Shown here piece after piece: positions 8,097 through 17,192 of a DNA stretch of 64,000 bases. The stretch is taken from IMG/VR virus record IMGVR_UViG_3300032294_002363, positions 1 through 64,000 of that record. One strand, given 5' to 3'. Origin of the DNA: a virus. Position numbers and translations under genes: made by a program. The notes below the pieces were generated by a model that saw only the letters and a list, made by a program, of their open reading frames with translations, had not been told where the DNA came from and made no database searches. Numbering within the stretch: position 1 is the stretch's first letter; the number at the start of each line of letters is the position of its first letter.

Positions 8097-10007
8097 ATGG
8101 CTAAAAAAAATCAAAATAAATCAAAAAATATCAAAAATGACGAAATCGCTCCATTGATGGTATCCAACGCCTCTTATATTGAGGCCAAAGCTTCTGGAGA
8201 AGAGACAAAAGCCAGAAGAAACCTATCTGCGACAATTAATAGAACAGATAGATATAAAAATATTGATGATGGTATAATTCCATTTAGATATTCGTCTGGT
8301 ATCAAAGGCAATTCCAACATGAATATCAGAGATGCAGTTATATTGTGCCAAAAAGCATATTATAATTTTGCAATCTTTAGAAACACTATTGATTTAATGA
8401 CTGAATTTTCTTGTAATAATATATACTTTGATGGTGGAAGCCAAAAGAGCAGAGACTTCTTTACGGCTCTATTTAGAAAAATAAACCTATTTGATTTCCA
8501 AGATAAATTTTTCCGTGAATACTATAGAAGTGGAAATGTATTTATATATAGATTTGATACAAAAGTAAAAGATGATGATCTAAGTAAGATAACTCAAACT
8601 TTTGGTTTGTTCTCTAAAGCCGCAGTTAATCTACCATCTAGATATATTATATTGAATCCTGCAGATATTCAAATTGGCGGAACTATTAATTTTTCAGTAG
8701 GAAGATATTATAAATTACTTAGTGATTACGAATTAGAAAGATTAAAATCTCCAAAAACAGATGAGGACTACGAAGTATTAAAAAGTCTTCCTCAAGAAAC
8801 ACAAAAACTAATTAATCAAAAAACTATTGGAGTTTTAACTTTACCTTTAGATAGAGAAAGACTATGTGCAGTATTTTATAAGAAACAAGATTACGAGCCA
8901 TTTGCTGTTCCAATGGGTTTTCCAGTTCTAGATGATATTAATTGGAAAGCAGAAATGAAAAAGATGGATATGGCTGTTACCCGCACAATGCAACAGGCAG
9001 TTCTATTAGTTACTATGGGCACAGATCCAGAAAAAGGTGGAGTAAATCAAAAGAATCTCGAAGCCATGCAAAGACTTTTTGAGAATCAAAGTGTAGGAAG
9101 AGTTTTGATAGCAGATTATACAACCAAAGCACAATTTGTAATTCCTGATATAGGTAATTTAATTGGCCCACAAAAATATGAAGTTGTTGATAGAGATATT
9201 CAAATTGGACTTAATAATATATTAATTGGAAATGAAAAATTTGCCAACACAAGTATTAAAGTACAAGTATTCATGGAAAGACTAAAGCAAGCCCGTGAGA
9301 CATTTATCAATGAATTTTTAATACCAGAGATTCGCAGAATTAGCAAAGAGTTAGGATTTAAAAATTATCCAACTCCACATTTTGAAGATATTGATCTTAA
9401 AGATGACCTACAATATTCCAGAGTTTATACAAGATTGATGGAACTCGGCATCTTGACACCAGAGGAAGGCGTACAAGCGATAAATAGTGGTAGACTTCCA
9501 AATCAAGAAGACTCAGTATTGTCTCAACAAAAATTTAGAGAACTAAAAAATCAAGGTTTATATCAACCACTTATTGGTGGAGCAAAGATTGGCTCTGAAC
9601 CAGGTAGACCATCTGGATCATCTGGCATTACTCAAACTACAAAGAATGTTTCGCCAATAGGTCAAGGAAGACAATCCAAAGCCGCATTCTTTGATATCGA
9701 TAAAATAAAAGATAATTTCGTTCTTGCTTCAAAATTACAAGATAAGGTTGAAGCTTCATTAAGAGAAAAACATTCACTAAGAAAATTATCGAAACAACAA
9801 AAAGATGTTGCTTTTGAAATTACTAAAATTATCGTAGCAAATGAAAGCCCAGAGAATTGGGATAAAACAACTCAAGATTATCTAAATGATCCAAAAGATA
9901 AAAATTTAAATAAAGTTTCTGATATACATGATATTGCCGCAGAACATTCAGTAGATAGTTATGTAGCAAGTATACTTTATCATAGCCAAAAAGAAAATAA
10001 GGAATAA
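8097..10007 (+). CDS. portal protein
   Basis: 636 aa, directly after TerL; FFREYYRSGNVFIY and helical portal-like pattern. Confidence 0.8.
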   Translation: MAKKNQNKSKNIKNDEIAPLMVSNASYIEAKASGEETKARRNLSATINRTDRYKNIDDGIIPFRYSSGIKGNSNMNIRDAVILCQKAYYNFAIFRNTIDLMTEFSCNNIYFDGGSQKSRDFFTALFRKINLFDFQDKFFREYYRSGNVFIYRFDTKVKDDDLSKITQTFGLFSKAAVNLPSRYIILNPADIQIGGTINFSVGRYYKLLSDYELERLKSPKTDEDYEVLKSLPQETQKLINQKTIGVLTLPLDRERLCAVFYKKQDYEPFAVPMGFPVLDDINWKAEMKKMDMAVTRTMQQAVLLVTMGTDPEKGGVNQKNLEAMQRLFENQSVGRVLIADYTTKAQFVIPDIGNLIGPQKYEVVDRDIQIGLNNILIGNEKFANTSIKVQVFMERLKQARETFINEFLIPEIRRISKELGFKNYPTPHFEDIDLKDDLQYSRVYTRLMELGILTPEEGVQAINSGRLPNQEDSVLSQQKFRELKNQGLYQPLIGGAKIGSEPGRPSGSSGITQTTKNVSPIGQGRQSKAAFFDIDKIKDNFVLASKLQDKVEASLREKHSLRKLSKQQKDVAFEITKIIVANESPENWDKTTQDYLNDPKDKNLNKVSDIHDIAAEHSVDSYVASILYHSQKENKE

Positions 10008-10012
10008 TTTCT

Positions 10013-10573
10013 ATGGCAGAAAATCTAATAAGAGCAAAACAAATAAATCAAGCTGAATTATCAGGTTTTATATCTAATGTTCTTAATACTGGTATTCCTG
10101 TTTTTATAGAAGCTACTGGCGCAAATATAGTATATTCAACTGGTAATCAAATAATAAGTGGAAATAAAACTTTTTATAATAATACAACTTTTTCTGGTGA
10201 CGTAAACTTTTCAGCAAGCGTTTCTTTTAGTTCTGGAGATATAAATTTTAATAACAATAAAATCGTAAATCTTGTTCCAGAATTAGTTAATCTTACTAGT
10301 AATTTTACTATAACAGGCGGATATAATAGTAGAATGATTTTAGTTAATAGAGCAACAGCTGTTACTGGCGTAGTTGTTAGCGGTAATGTTACAGGATTTA
10401 ATACTTCAATAATTCAAGTTGGCGCAGGTCAAATTCAAATTACAGGAAGTGGTTCAAATGTTTCAGTTTCTACTTTTAACAACCAATTTAAAACTGCTGG
10501 ACAATTTGCTACAATTACATTATTACATACTGGTAATAATAAATATATCATGTATGGTAATACAACCTTATGA
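10013..10573 (+). CDS. small fibre-like structural protein
   Basis: Carries the NIVYSTGNQIISGNKTF motif that recurs in the 2462-aa fibre; beta-rich C-terminal domain. Confidence 0.6.
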   Translation: MAENLIRAKQINQAELSGFISNVLNTGIPVFIEATGANIVYSTGNQIISGNKTFYNNTTFSGDVNFSASVSFSSGDINFNNNKIVNLVPELVNLTSNFTITGGYNSRMILVNRATAVTGVVVSGNVTGFNTSIIQVGAGQIQITGSGSNVSVSTFNNQFKTAGQFATITLLHTGNNKYIMYGNTTL

Positions 10574-11178
10574 TAGGATTATCATCGCTTAGTCCTGGCT
10601 CAACATCTTCTTACGGAACATTCAAAAAAAATTACAGTTCTTATGGACTTGCTTTTCATTATGGATACGGTTTATTTAATTATCCAAACACTCAAGATCC
10701 AGCGCTTTGTTATTTGTTTGAAGATGTTACTATAAATTATTTAAAAATAGACGATAAAGTTATTCTTCCAAATAATTCATATTACTCTATATATACATTT
10801 GATTCTCTTTTAGAAGACGCTTATTATAGAGACGATGGATATGGATTAGGATCAGTAGGATCAATAGATGCAATTAATAGTTATATAAAAGATACAGTTA
10901 AAAATAATGACTTTACTTTCTATCCCGCTCCATATAGTATGATCTTAAGAGCTTCCATAGGAAGAAAAATGATCATATCAATTAGTAGCTATATATATCA
11001 AATAGATGATGGCGTTCTATTTTTTGATGGAAATAAAGATTGGACATTATATATTAATTATCCATATAGTTCTATAGATAGAAGCCCAAGAATGCTAGAG
11101 AAAGCTTCACCTCTTGAATCTTTTAATGGATATACTAGTTCTATAGAAGGAATTGGAAACAATTTTTATTGGTCTTAA
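10570..11178 (+). CDS. Tyr-rich hypothetical protein
   Basis: 202-aa ORF, ATGA overlap with the upstream gene. Confidence 0.7.
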   Translation: MIGLSSLSPGSTSSYGTFKKNYSSYGLAFHYGYGLFNYPNTQDPALCYLFEDVTINYLKIDDKVILPNNSYYSIYTFDSLLEDAYYRDDGYGLGSVGSIDAINSYIKDTVKNNDFTFYPAPYSMILRASIGRKMIISISSYIYQIDDGVLFFDGNKDWTLYINYPYSSIDRSPRMLEKASPLESFNGYTSSIEGIGNNFYWS

Positions 11179-11181
11179 TTT

Positions 11182-11643
11182 ATGCTAGAAAAAAATAAAA
11201 ATTATACATTTAAAGAACTTAAAGATATGGAAAATGAATCCATTGAAGTTAAAAACTTTTTAAATCAAATAGAATCAGCAAAAGAATTAAAAAAGAAAAA
11301 TAAGACTGAAATATCTAAGTTTGAAGATTTCGATCAAAATACAAGATCAATTTACTTGTCTATTGCTCAAGAAATAAAAAAGATAAATTTAGATCAAGAT
11401 GATCTATATGTTATAGCTTCTGGATCAAGAGTCAATGGTAAGTGGAAAACTGAACAAGAATCTGAATCCATAGCTAAAAAATATAATTTAAATAAAATAA
11501 AATATAGTGATTATGATTTTATTACAAATGCCAAGAACATTCCTAATCTAATAGAATTAGCTAAAAAATTAGAAGTTAGATATATTAATAGGATCGGTTC
11601 TTATAATGGTAGGGAAATAAATATCCCTTTAAATATTTCTTGA
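11182..11643 (+). CDS. hypothetical protein, possible Pol-beta-family minimal nucleotidyltransferase
   Basis: VIASGSRVNG ... SDYDF resembles the hGSR.xG...SDhD motif, with a longer spacer. Confidence 0.45.
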   Translation: MLEKNKNYTFKELKDMENESIEVKNFLNQIESAKELKKKNKTEISKFEDFDQNTRSIYLSIAQEIKKINLDQDDLYVIASGSRVNGKWKTEQESESIAKKYNLNKIKYSDYDFITNAKNIPNLIELAKKLEVRYINRIGSYNGREINIPLNIS

Positions 11644-11668
11644 TATATAGATAATTATTATATATAAT
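11640..11668 (+). promoter_or_regulatory. sigma70-like promoter upstream of lysis cassette
   Basis: TTGATA-N17-TATAAT; the region is very AT-rich, so this could be chance. Confidence 0.45.
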
Positions 11669-11671
11669 ATA

Positions 11672-11677
11672 GTGTAA
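11672..11677 (+). promoter_or_regulatory. GTGTAA motif upstream of holin
   Basis: 6 nt upstream of ATG 11684. Confidence 0.7.
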
Positions 11678-11683
11678 TATATA

Positions 11684-11983
11684 ATGAAAAATATGCTATC
11701 TAAATTATTTGGCGCAAATTGGAGATCCTCAACATCAGGGATTATAACGGTCATAGCAGTATCAACAGCTTTTGCAATTCATGGAGATAATTCTCTTGTT
11801 GCATTTTTACCAGATAAGGCAGAAGAATATATAGTTGGAATTTCTAAACTTATCGCCGTTGTTAGTGGTATCGTTTTTGCTCTTACAGTAAAAGATGCTG
11901 CTGTTACTGGCGGTAAGGTAGCTCAAACAAAAGAAGCTAAAAAGAGAATAAAAAAAGAAATAGGACATGGAGAAAATATATGA
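11684..11983 (+). CDS. putative holin
   Basis: 99 aa, two hydrophobic segments, basic C-terminus, first gene of the cassette ending in endolysin. Confidence 0.65.
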   Translation: MKNMLSKLFGANWRSSTSGIITVIAVSTAFAIHGDNSLVAFLPDKAEEYIVGISKLIAVVSGIVFALTVKDAAVTGGKVAQTKEAKKRIKKEIGHGENI

Positions 11984-12438
11984 ATAAATTAAACTTAATT
12001 GCAGTTGCCCTTATGGGTATTTTTATCGTTGGTTGCTCTACTACAAATACTGGTGGAGATAACCAAATTGGCGGAACAACTGGAGTAGAAAATGCTCTAC
12101 CTTATATTAAGCCAGCAGTTATTCTTGCTTGCACAGTAGTTCTTGAGCAAGCTCTTTCTCCAGAAGATAGAGCAGAGAAAGCAAAAATGATTAATCATAT
12201 TGCAACTGTTGTTGAAAGTCTTACAGTTGGTCAAACTCCAACTCCAGATCAACTTCAAAAAGCTCTTACCGACTATCTTCCAGCAGAAAAAACTCATTGG
12301 GCAAAGTATATTGTCGCAGTTAAAGATATTTATGCTGCACAATTCGCTAAATTAAACGGAGACGCAGCTCTTGCTGTAAAAGTTCTTAATGCAATCGCCG
12401 CAGGTTGTAAAGATGCTACAGTAGAATACGTAGAGTAA
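11980..12438 (+). CDS. lipoprotein in lysis cassette
   Basis: Signal peptide II with lipobox FIVGC. Confidence 0.7.
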   Translation: MNKLNLIAVALMGIFIVGCSTTNTGGDNQIGGTTGVENALPYIKPAVILACTVVLEQALSPEDRAEKAKMINHIATVVESLTVGQTPTPDQLQKALTDYLPAEKTHWAKYIVAVKDIYAAQFAKLNGDAALAVKVLNAIAAGCKDATVEYVE

Positions 12439-12439
12439 A

Positions 12440-12637
12440 GTGACAGAACTTTTCGGTGCAGTTGTAAGACTTGTTGGTGGAATATTTGAAGCAATTAATA
12501 ACGTCTTTGGCGCAAAGAATACCAAAGAAATGAAAGATCGGCAGCAAGCGCAAAAAGAAGTTGATCATCAAAGTAAAATAGAAAAAGCAGTCAAGGAGAA
12601 AGATCTTGAAGAAATTCGTAAGCATATTGGTTCTTAA
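12440..12637 (+). CDS. small membrane-associated protein (i-spanin-like)
   Basis: GTG start, hydrophobic/amphipathic N-terminus then charged coiled coil; overlaps the next lipoprotein gene. Confidence 0.45.
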   Translation: MTELFGAVVRLVGGIFEAINNVFGAKNTKEMKDRQQAQKEVDHQSKIEKAVKEKDLEEIRKHIGS

Positions 12638-13022
12638 TTTTCTTATTGTCGGTTGCGCTACAATAACTCCAGATAAAATACAAGATAATACCGCATCTTA
12701 TGATGCTTCTACGCCATCAAATTATAATAAAGATAATGGTGGTCTAGTTGCTCTTATGGACAACGGAGCAGTGATTACTCTTAAAGCAAAAGAGCGCTAT
12801 AACAATTTAATTAAAATGTATAAAGTTAAATTCAAAAAAGAAAAAGCTATAGATCTAGAAATTGATGCAGGAATTAAACCTTACAAAGATCGTTATGGAA
12901 ATGATCTATTTATAATTGATAATGAACATCTTGTTTATTTTGGAGTAATGAATAGTTGGCTTAAAGAAAAAGTACCAGCAGATAATATTATAGATAAAAC
13001 AATAGATAAAATAAATAACTAA
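12606..13022 (+). CDS. lipoprotein (o-spanin-like)
   Basis: TTG start, lipobox LIVGC, overlaps the upstream gene by 32 nt, adjacent to endolysin. Confidence 0.55.
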   Translation: MKKFVSILVLNFLIVGCATITPDKIQDNTASYDASTPSNYNKDNGGLVALMDNGAVITLKAKERYNNLIKMYKVKFKKEKAIDLEIDAGIKPYKDRYGNDLFIIDNEHLVYFGVMNSWLKEKVPADNIIDKTIDKINN

Positions 13023-13717
13023 TGTTAAACGATAAATCCTTAAAACTTATATTTGATTTTGAAGTTGGTGGTGGCGAAAATTATTATAATAAATTTTTAA
13101 AAAATCCAACTTGGCCCGGAGAGCAAAGTGGCGTTACAATTGGAGTAGGTTATGATACTGGATACGTAAACAAAACTGAATTCTCTAATGATTGGAAAGA
13201 TCTTCCTAAAGAAGCTTTTGATAGATTATATCGTGTTGTTGGAGTAAAAGGTTATCAAGCAAAAGAACTAGCGCGCAGATTAAAAGATATAAATATACCT
13301 TGGGATATGTCTGTAAAAGTATTCTTAAATAAAACAGTGAAAAAATTTTATGATCTGTCTCGCGCTACCTTTCCTAATTTCGATAAACTTCCAGAAGATG
13401 CCAAAGGCGGATTAGTTAGTCTCGTATTTAATCGTGGCGCAGCATTAGAAGGAGATCGTAGACGTGAGATGAAAGCTATTCGCGACATTATGGCAAAGAC
13501 ACAAAATTTTGATGAGAAGACTTTAGCACAGATTGCCGATCAAATAAGAAAAATGAAAAGAATATGGATTGGCGGAAGCATAGAGAAAGGCATGAGCCGC
13601 AGAAGAGATGCCGAAGCAAAATTAATAGAGGAAGCGCTGGCAAATGTCGTAATTAATCCAGTTGACAATATTAAAAGTACAGATAAGATAATCTCTGATA
13701 AATTTAAAAATCAATAG
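13022..13717 (+). CDS. endolysin, lysozyme-like (GH24/pesticin-type muramidase)
   Basis: FE..GG...PTWPG..SGVTIGVGYD, LVSLVFNRG and RRR.AEA motifs. Confidence 0.85.
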   Translation: MLNDKSLKLIFDFEVGGGENYYNKFLKNPTWPGEQSGVTIGVGYDTGYVNKTEFSNDWKDLPKEAFDRLYRVVGVKGYQAKELARRLKDINIPWDMSVKVFLNKTVKKFYDLSRATFPNFDKLPEDAKGGLVSLVFNRGAALEGDRRREMKAIRDIMAKTQNFDEKTLAQIADQIRKMKRIWIGGSIEKGMSRRRDAEAKLIEEALANVVINPVDNIKSTDKIISDKFKNQ

Positions 13718-13719
13718 GT

Positions 13720-13725
13720 GTGTAA
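13720..13725 (+). promoter_or_regulatory. GTGTAA motif upstream of serine protease
   Basis: 9 nt upstream of ATG 13735. Confidence 0.7.
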
Positions 13726-13734
13726 ACATTACAT

Positions 13735-14601
13735 ATGATTAGAGCAAATACAGCTTCTTACAAAGAGATATATTCTAGAGATATAGATAAAGCAATAGAA
13801 GGACTTACCGCAAATTCTAGCGCAAAACAAATATTTTCTTCTAAAAGTCCTAGTGCTACAACTCCAGCTTTTACAAGAAGCACAACATGTTGGGCGAAAA
13901 ATATAGATACTTCTCCTCAATCAATTTGGAATAATAATGCTAGTGGGCCAATACCTTTTAATCCTGGCGGATATGGTGGATCAGGCACGCTTATTAGTCC
14001 TAGACATATAGTTTATGCAAATCATTTTAGATTTTACAATGGAACAACTTTTGTTTTTGTTGATATGAATAATAATTGTTATACAAGAACTCTTTCAGAC
14101 TCTGCTCAAGTTGGTAGCACAGATATCCAGATAGGCTTATTAAATTCTGATATAACAAATGTATCTTTTGCTAAAATACTAGATTTAGAAGTAGCAAATC
14201 AAACCAATGCAAATATTAGATTACCTGCGCTTTTTATGGATCAAGATCGAAACGCTCTTGTTGGTGAATATTATCTAAATGGAACTAATTCGGCCTGTAT
14301 TTCTCCAGCTGATTCTGCACAAAGAACAAATTTTTATGAAATTCCAGTCGGTGGTGATTCTGGAAATCCTATTTGTCTTGTATATGAAAATAAAATTATA
14401 TTAACTTTTACATTTTTAGGGACAACAAGTGGTCCAAGTCTTTCATATTATATAAATGATATAAATACCGCCATGACAACTCTTGGTGGAGGATATACTG
14501 CTACTACATTTGGAATAGAAAACCTTAAATCAAAAGCAGAAATAGGTAATATAAATATCACAAATCAAGGCGTAACTCTAGGTAAAATCTTAATTTCTTG
14601 A
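13735..14601 (+). CDS. chymotrypsin-fold (clan PA) serine protease
   Basis: GSGTLISPRHIVYANH (His), DIQIGLL (Asp), GGDSGNP (Ser): full triad. Confidence 0.85.
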   Translation: MIRANTASYKEIYSRDIDKAIEGLTANSSAKQIFSSKSPSATTPAFTRSTTCWAKNIDTSPQSIWNNNASGPIPFNPGGYGGSGTLISPRHIVYANHFRFYNGTTFVFVDMNNNCYTRTLSDSAQVGSTDIQIGLLNSDITNVSFAKILDLEVANQTNANIRLPALFMDQDRNALVGEYYLNGTNSACISPADSAQRTNFYEIPVGGDSGNPICLVYENKIILTFTFLGTTSGPSLSYYINDINTAMTTLGGGYTATTFGIENLKSKAEIGNINITNQGVTLGKILIS

Positions 14602-14604
14602 TAG

Positions 14605-14610
14605 GTGTAA
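14605..14610 (+). promoter_or_regulatory. GTGTAA motif
   Basis: 8 nt upstream of ATG 14619. Confidence 0.7.
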
Positions 14611-14618
14611 TGATAAAT

Positions 14619-14765
14619 ATGAGACTTATATTGATTTTGAGTTTAATGTTATTAGCTGGTTGCACAGAGAACAACTATCAAAGTCGAGAATTACCAACAA
14701 AATATCCAGATACTCCAACAAGTGGAGCGGCTTATGATGCTACTGAAGAATTATATAAAAAATGA
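14619..14765 (+). CDS. 48-aa lipoprotein (absent from ORF track)
   Basis: MRLILILSLMLLAGCTENNYQ...LYKK*; lipobox LAGC; ATGA overlap with the next gene. Confidence 0.75.
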   Translation: MRLILILSLMLLAGCTENNYQSRELPTKYPDTPTSGAAYDATEELYKK

Positions 14766-17044
14766 ATATTAAAATAGGCAAAGGCGGAAATGGTTCGATA
14801 AAATCTAATGCAGTAGGTACATATAGTTTAACTATATCGGGGGCAACTTATGGTAATGGAACATATGAAAGATCTTCTGGAGGAGATACAACTTTTACAA
14901 AAGTAGGATCAAATGGGCAAGAATTTATATACAAAGAAGGGCCAGAATGGATTCTATATGCACTTGTTGTAGATGAGACTCTACCTGTTTATGGATCTGA
15001 GAATCTAAAAGATTGGTATATTGTAGATCCAGTCGGAGGCACGCCTCCAATTCCAACTAATACTGGAAAATTAAATGAAAAAAAATACATAGACCTTTTA
15101 CCACCAACTTTTATAAGCAAAGTTACATTATCTGGTGGAACATATAGTAATGGAATCTATACTAGAAATTCTGGTGGAACGCAAAATTTTGATGGTCCAG
15201 ATGGAAAAACTATTTTTTGGACAGGCATTTTATGGATTGCTTTAGATCCATTATATAATAGTGGTGAAGATGCAACATATTACTCTTATGATTTAATAAA
15301 TTGGATTGAACAAGATATCCCTAATGCACCAACTGCAATAGTAGAAAATTCTTTAACTTTTCTTTTTGATCCAGTTTTTTATAAAAGTCAAATACAAAAT
15401 GAAAGATATAAGATTTTATTACAAGGTTGTTCTTTAGATTATGTAAATGGAATATATAGTCAAACTGTAAATCCAAGTTTAATAAATAATAGACCTTATT
15501 TTCTTAAAGATGATGATCCGTATATGGAAATATATTTTGAAGATGGAACTTGGATTATATATGATAAAGATGAGAGAACTTTCGCTTATTTATTCGGTAA
15601 AAATGATGGTTGCGGCGCATCTTATTGTAGGCCAGATAGTTTAGATTGGAGCACTCCTGATGGTGGAGATGCTTATAACGATGGTCAAACTCCACCAACA
15701 ATGAGCGAGTATTTAAATCAACAATATAAAAATGGTGGAAGACTAGATCCTGCTTTTCTAGAACAAATTCGAGATTATCAAATAGATAATACTGTTCCAA
15801 ATCAAGGAGTTAATCCACTTTCTCCGCAACATATTGTTGGTGCAGCTTTTAATACAAAAAAAGGTGAAATAAAAAATAATACATTTTCATATATAAAATA
15901 TTCTGATAACAGCGATGTTGAAGGTAAAAAATTAAATAAATGGTATCGTTCAATATCAGCTACTCAATTCACTTATAATATAAATCCACCAGTAGATAGT
16001 AAATGGCCATTATTAAAAATAAATAGAAATGATAATCAAAATATTTTTTCTATTGGACAAAATACATTTTCTACATTAAATATGTTCATAAGGTTACAGC
16101 GTCCAGTTCAACATAAAAATCCAAATACTGGTTATATTGTGAGAGAAAAAAGAGGAATCTTTTGCACATCACAAATAGATAATAGTCAATTCTCTATTGG
16201 ATATCGTTCTCCATATTATAATATAACAGGAAGACCTAGCTATAAAAGTGTTTTTAATAATTTTAGTTTTGTTTTTAGTTTTGGTCATAATGGTTACAGC
16301 GGCATATTTAATCGGCCAGTATCTTTTAATCTTATGACAGATTATAAATTTAATTTTGGCGAGATGTATATGTTAACAATTAGATCCAATGATACTTATA
16401 TAGAAATTTATGTAAATGGAGAATTACAGACTATTGCACTAATACCATTTAATCCTCTTATTAATCCAAGTTATGGGGGACGTGGTGAAGATTCAATTGA
16501 ACTTACTGGTGGAGGTTATGGAAATGGAGTCTATACTAGAACTTCTGGAGGAACAACAACTTGGAACGGACCAAATGGACAATACATTGAATGGAATGGT
16601 GCGAGTCTCTGGTTTCTTTATGATCCAGCCTTTAGTCCATCAAGTCCAGCGTATTATTCTGAAGATTTAAATTACCCAACGACTTGGTATGAAGAAAACG
16701 ATCCTGATCCACCTACTGAAAATTATCTTAATAATACAATAAAATATAGAAGACTTTATAAAACTCGTCGTGATGAAATGCCTCTTGGACCAGGTTTTTA
16801 TAAAAAAGATGGCACAGTATATTCATATACAAATACAGAATATGCTGCTCAAATAAATGGATTTTTTAGTTATTTAATATTCGGTAAATCAGCTTTATCT
16901 CATGGGATAAGACTTTTTAATTCAAAAAAGAAAAGAAGATACCTCAACAATTTAGATATTGGTGTAATTAGTTCATATAACACTGCTCTTTCCCAAACTG
17001 AAATTTCTCAAATTTATAATAATTTTAGATATAGATATATCTAA
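14762..17044 (+). CDS. large repeat/LamG-like (concanavalin A fold) putative virion protein
   Basis: Three copies of L.GG.Y.NG.Y.R.SGG module; LamG-like MLTIR...IYVNGE and YNTALSQTEISQIYN. Confidence 0.65.
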   Translation: MNIKIGKGGNGSIKSNAVGTYSLTISGATYGNGTYERSSGGDTTFTKVGSNGQEFIYKEGPEWILYALVVDETLPVYGSENLKDWYIVDPVGGTPPIPTNTGKLNEKKYIDLLPPTFISKVTLSGGTYSNGIYTRNSGGTQNFDGPDGKTIFWTGILWIALDPLYNSGEDATYYSYDLINWIEQDIPNAPTAIVENSLTFLFDPVFYKSQIQNERYKILLQGCSLDYVNGIYSQTVNPSLINNRPYFLKDDDPYMEIYFEDGTWIIYDKDERTFAYLFGKNDGCGASYCRPDSLDWSTPDGGDAYNDGQTPPTMSEYLNQQYKNGGRLDPAFLEQIRDYQIDNTVPNQGVNPLSPQHIVGAAFNTKKGEIKNNTFSYIKYSDNSDVEGKKLNKWYRSISATQFTYNINPPVDSKWPLLKINRNDNQNIFSIGQNTFSTLNMFIRLQRPVQHKNPNTGYIVREKRGIFCTSQIDNSQFSIGYRSPYYNITGRPSYKSVFNNFSFVFSFGHNGYSGIFNRPVSFNLMTDYKFNFGEMYMLTIRSNDTYIEIYVNGELQTIALIPFNPLINPSYGGRGEDSIELTGGGYGNGVYTRTSGGTTTWNGPNGQYIEWNGASLWFLYDPAFSPSSPAYYSEDLNYPTTWYEENDPDPPTENYLNNTIKYRRLYKTRRDEMPLGPGFYKKDGTVYSYTNTEYAAQINGFFSYLIFGKSALSHGIRLFNSKKKRRYLNNLDIGVISSYNTALSQTEISQIYNNFRYRYI

Positions 17045-17094
17045 CAAAAAACTTGATCCGTCCCGTCGGATATATAGATACATCCAAGCGTGGT

Positions 17095-17136
17095 AAAAAG
17101 ATTAGCATAATGTTCTATCCGTTATGCTAATTTTAA
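17095..17136 (+). terminator. AT-rich inverted repeat, probable intrinsic (bidirectional) terminator
   Basis: ATTAGCATAA-N11-TTATGCTAAT perfect 10-bp stem flanked by A-run and T-run. Confidence 0.55.
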
Positions 17137-17157
17137 TTTAATTTTATTTTAAATTAA

Positions 17158-17163
17158 GTGTAA
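17158..17163 (+). promoter_or_regulatory. GTGTAA motif upstream of head operon
   Basis: 29 nt upstream of ATG 17193. Confidence 0.65.
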
Positions 17164-17192
17164 ATCTTATATAATATAAGAATAATATTAAT

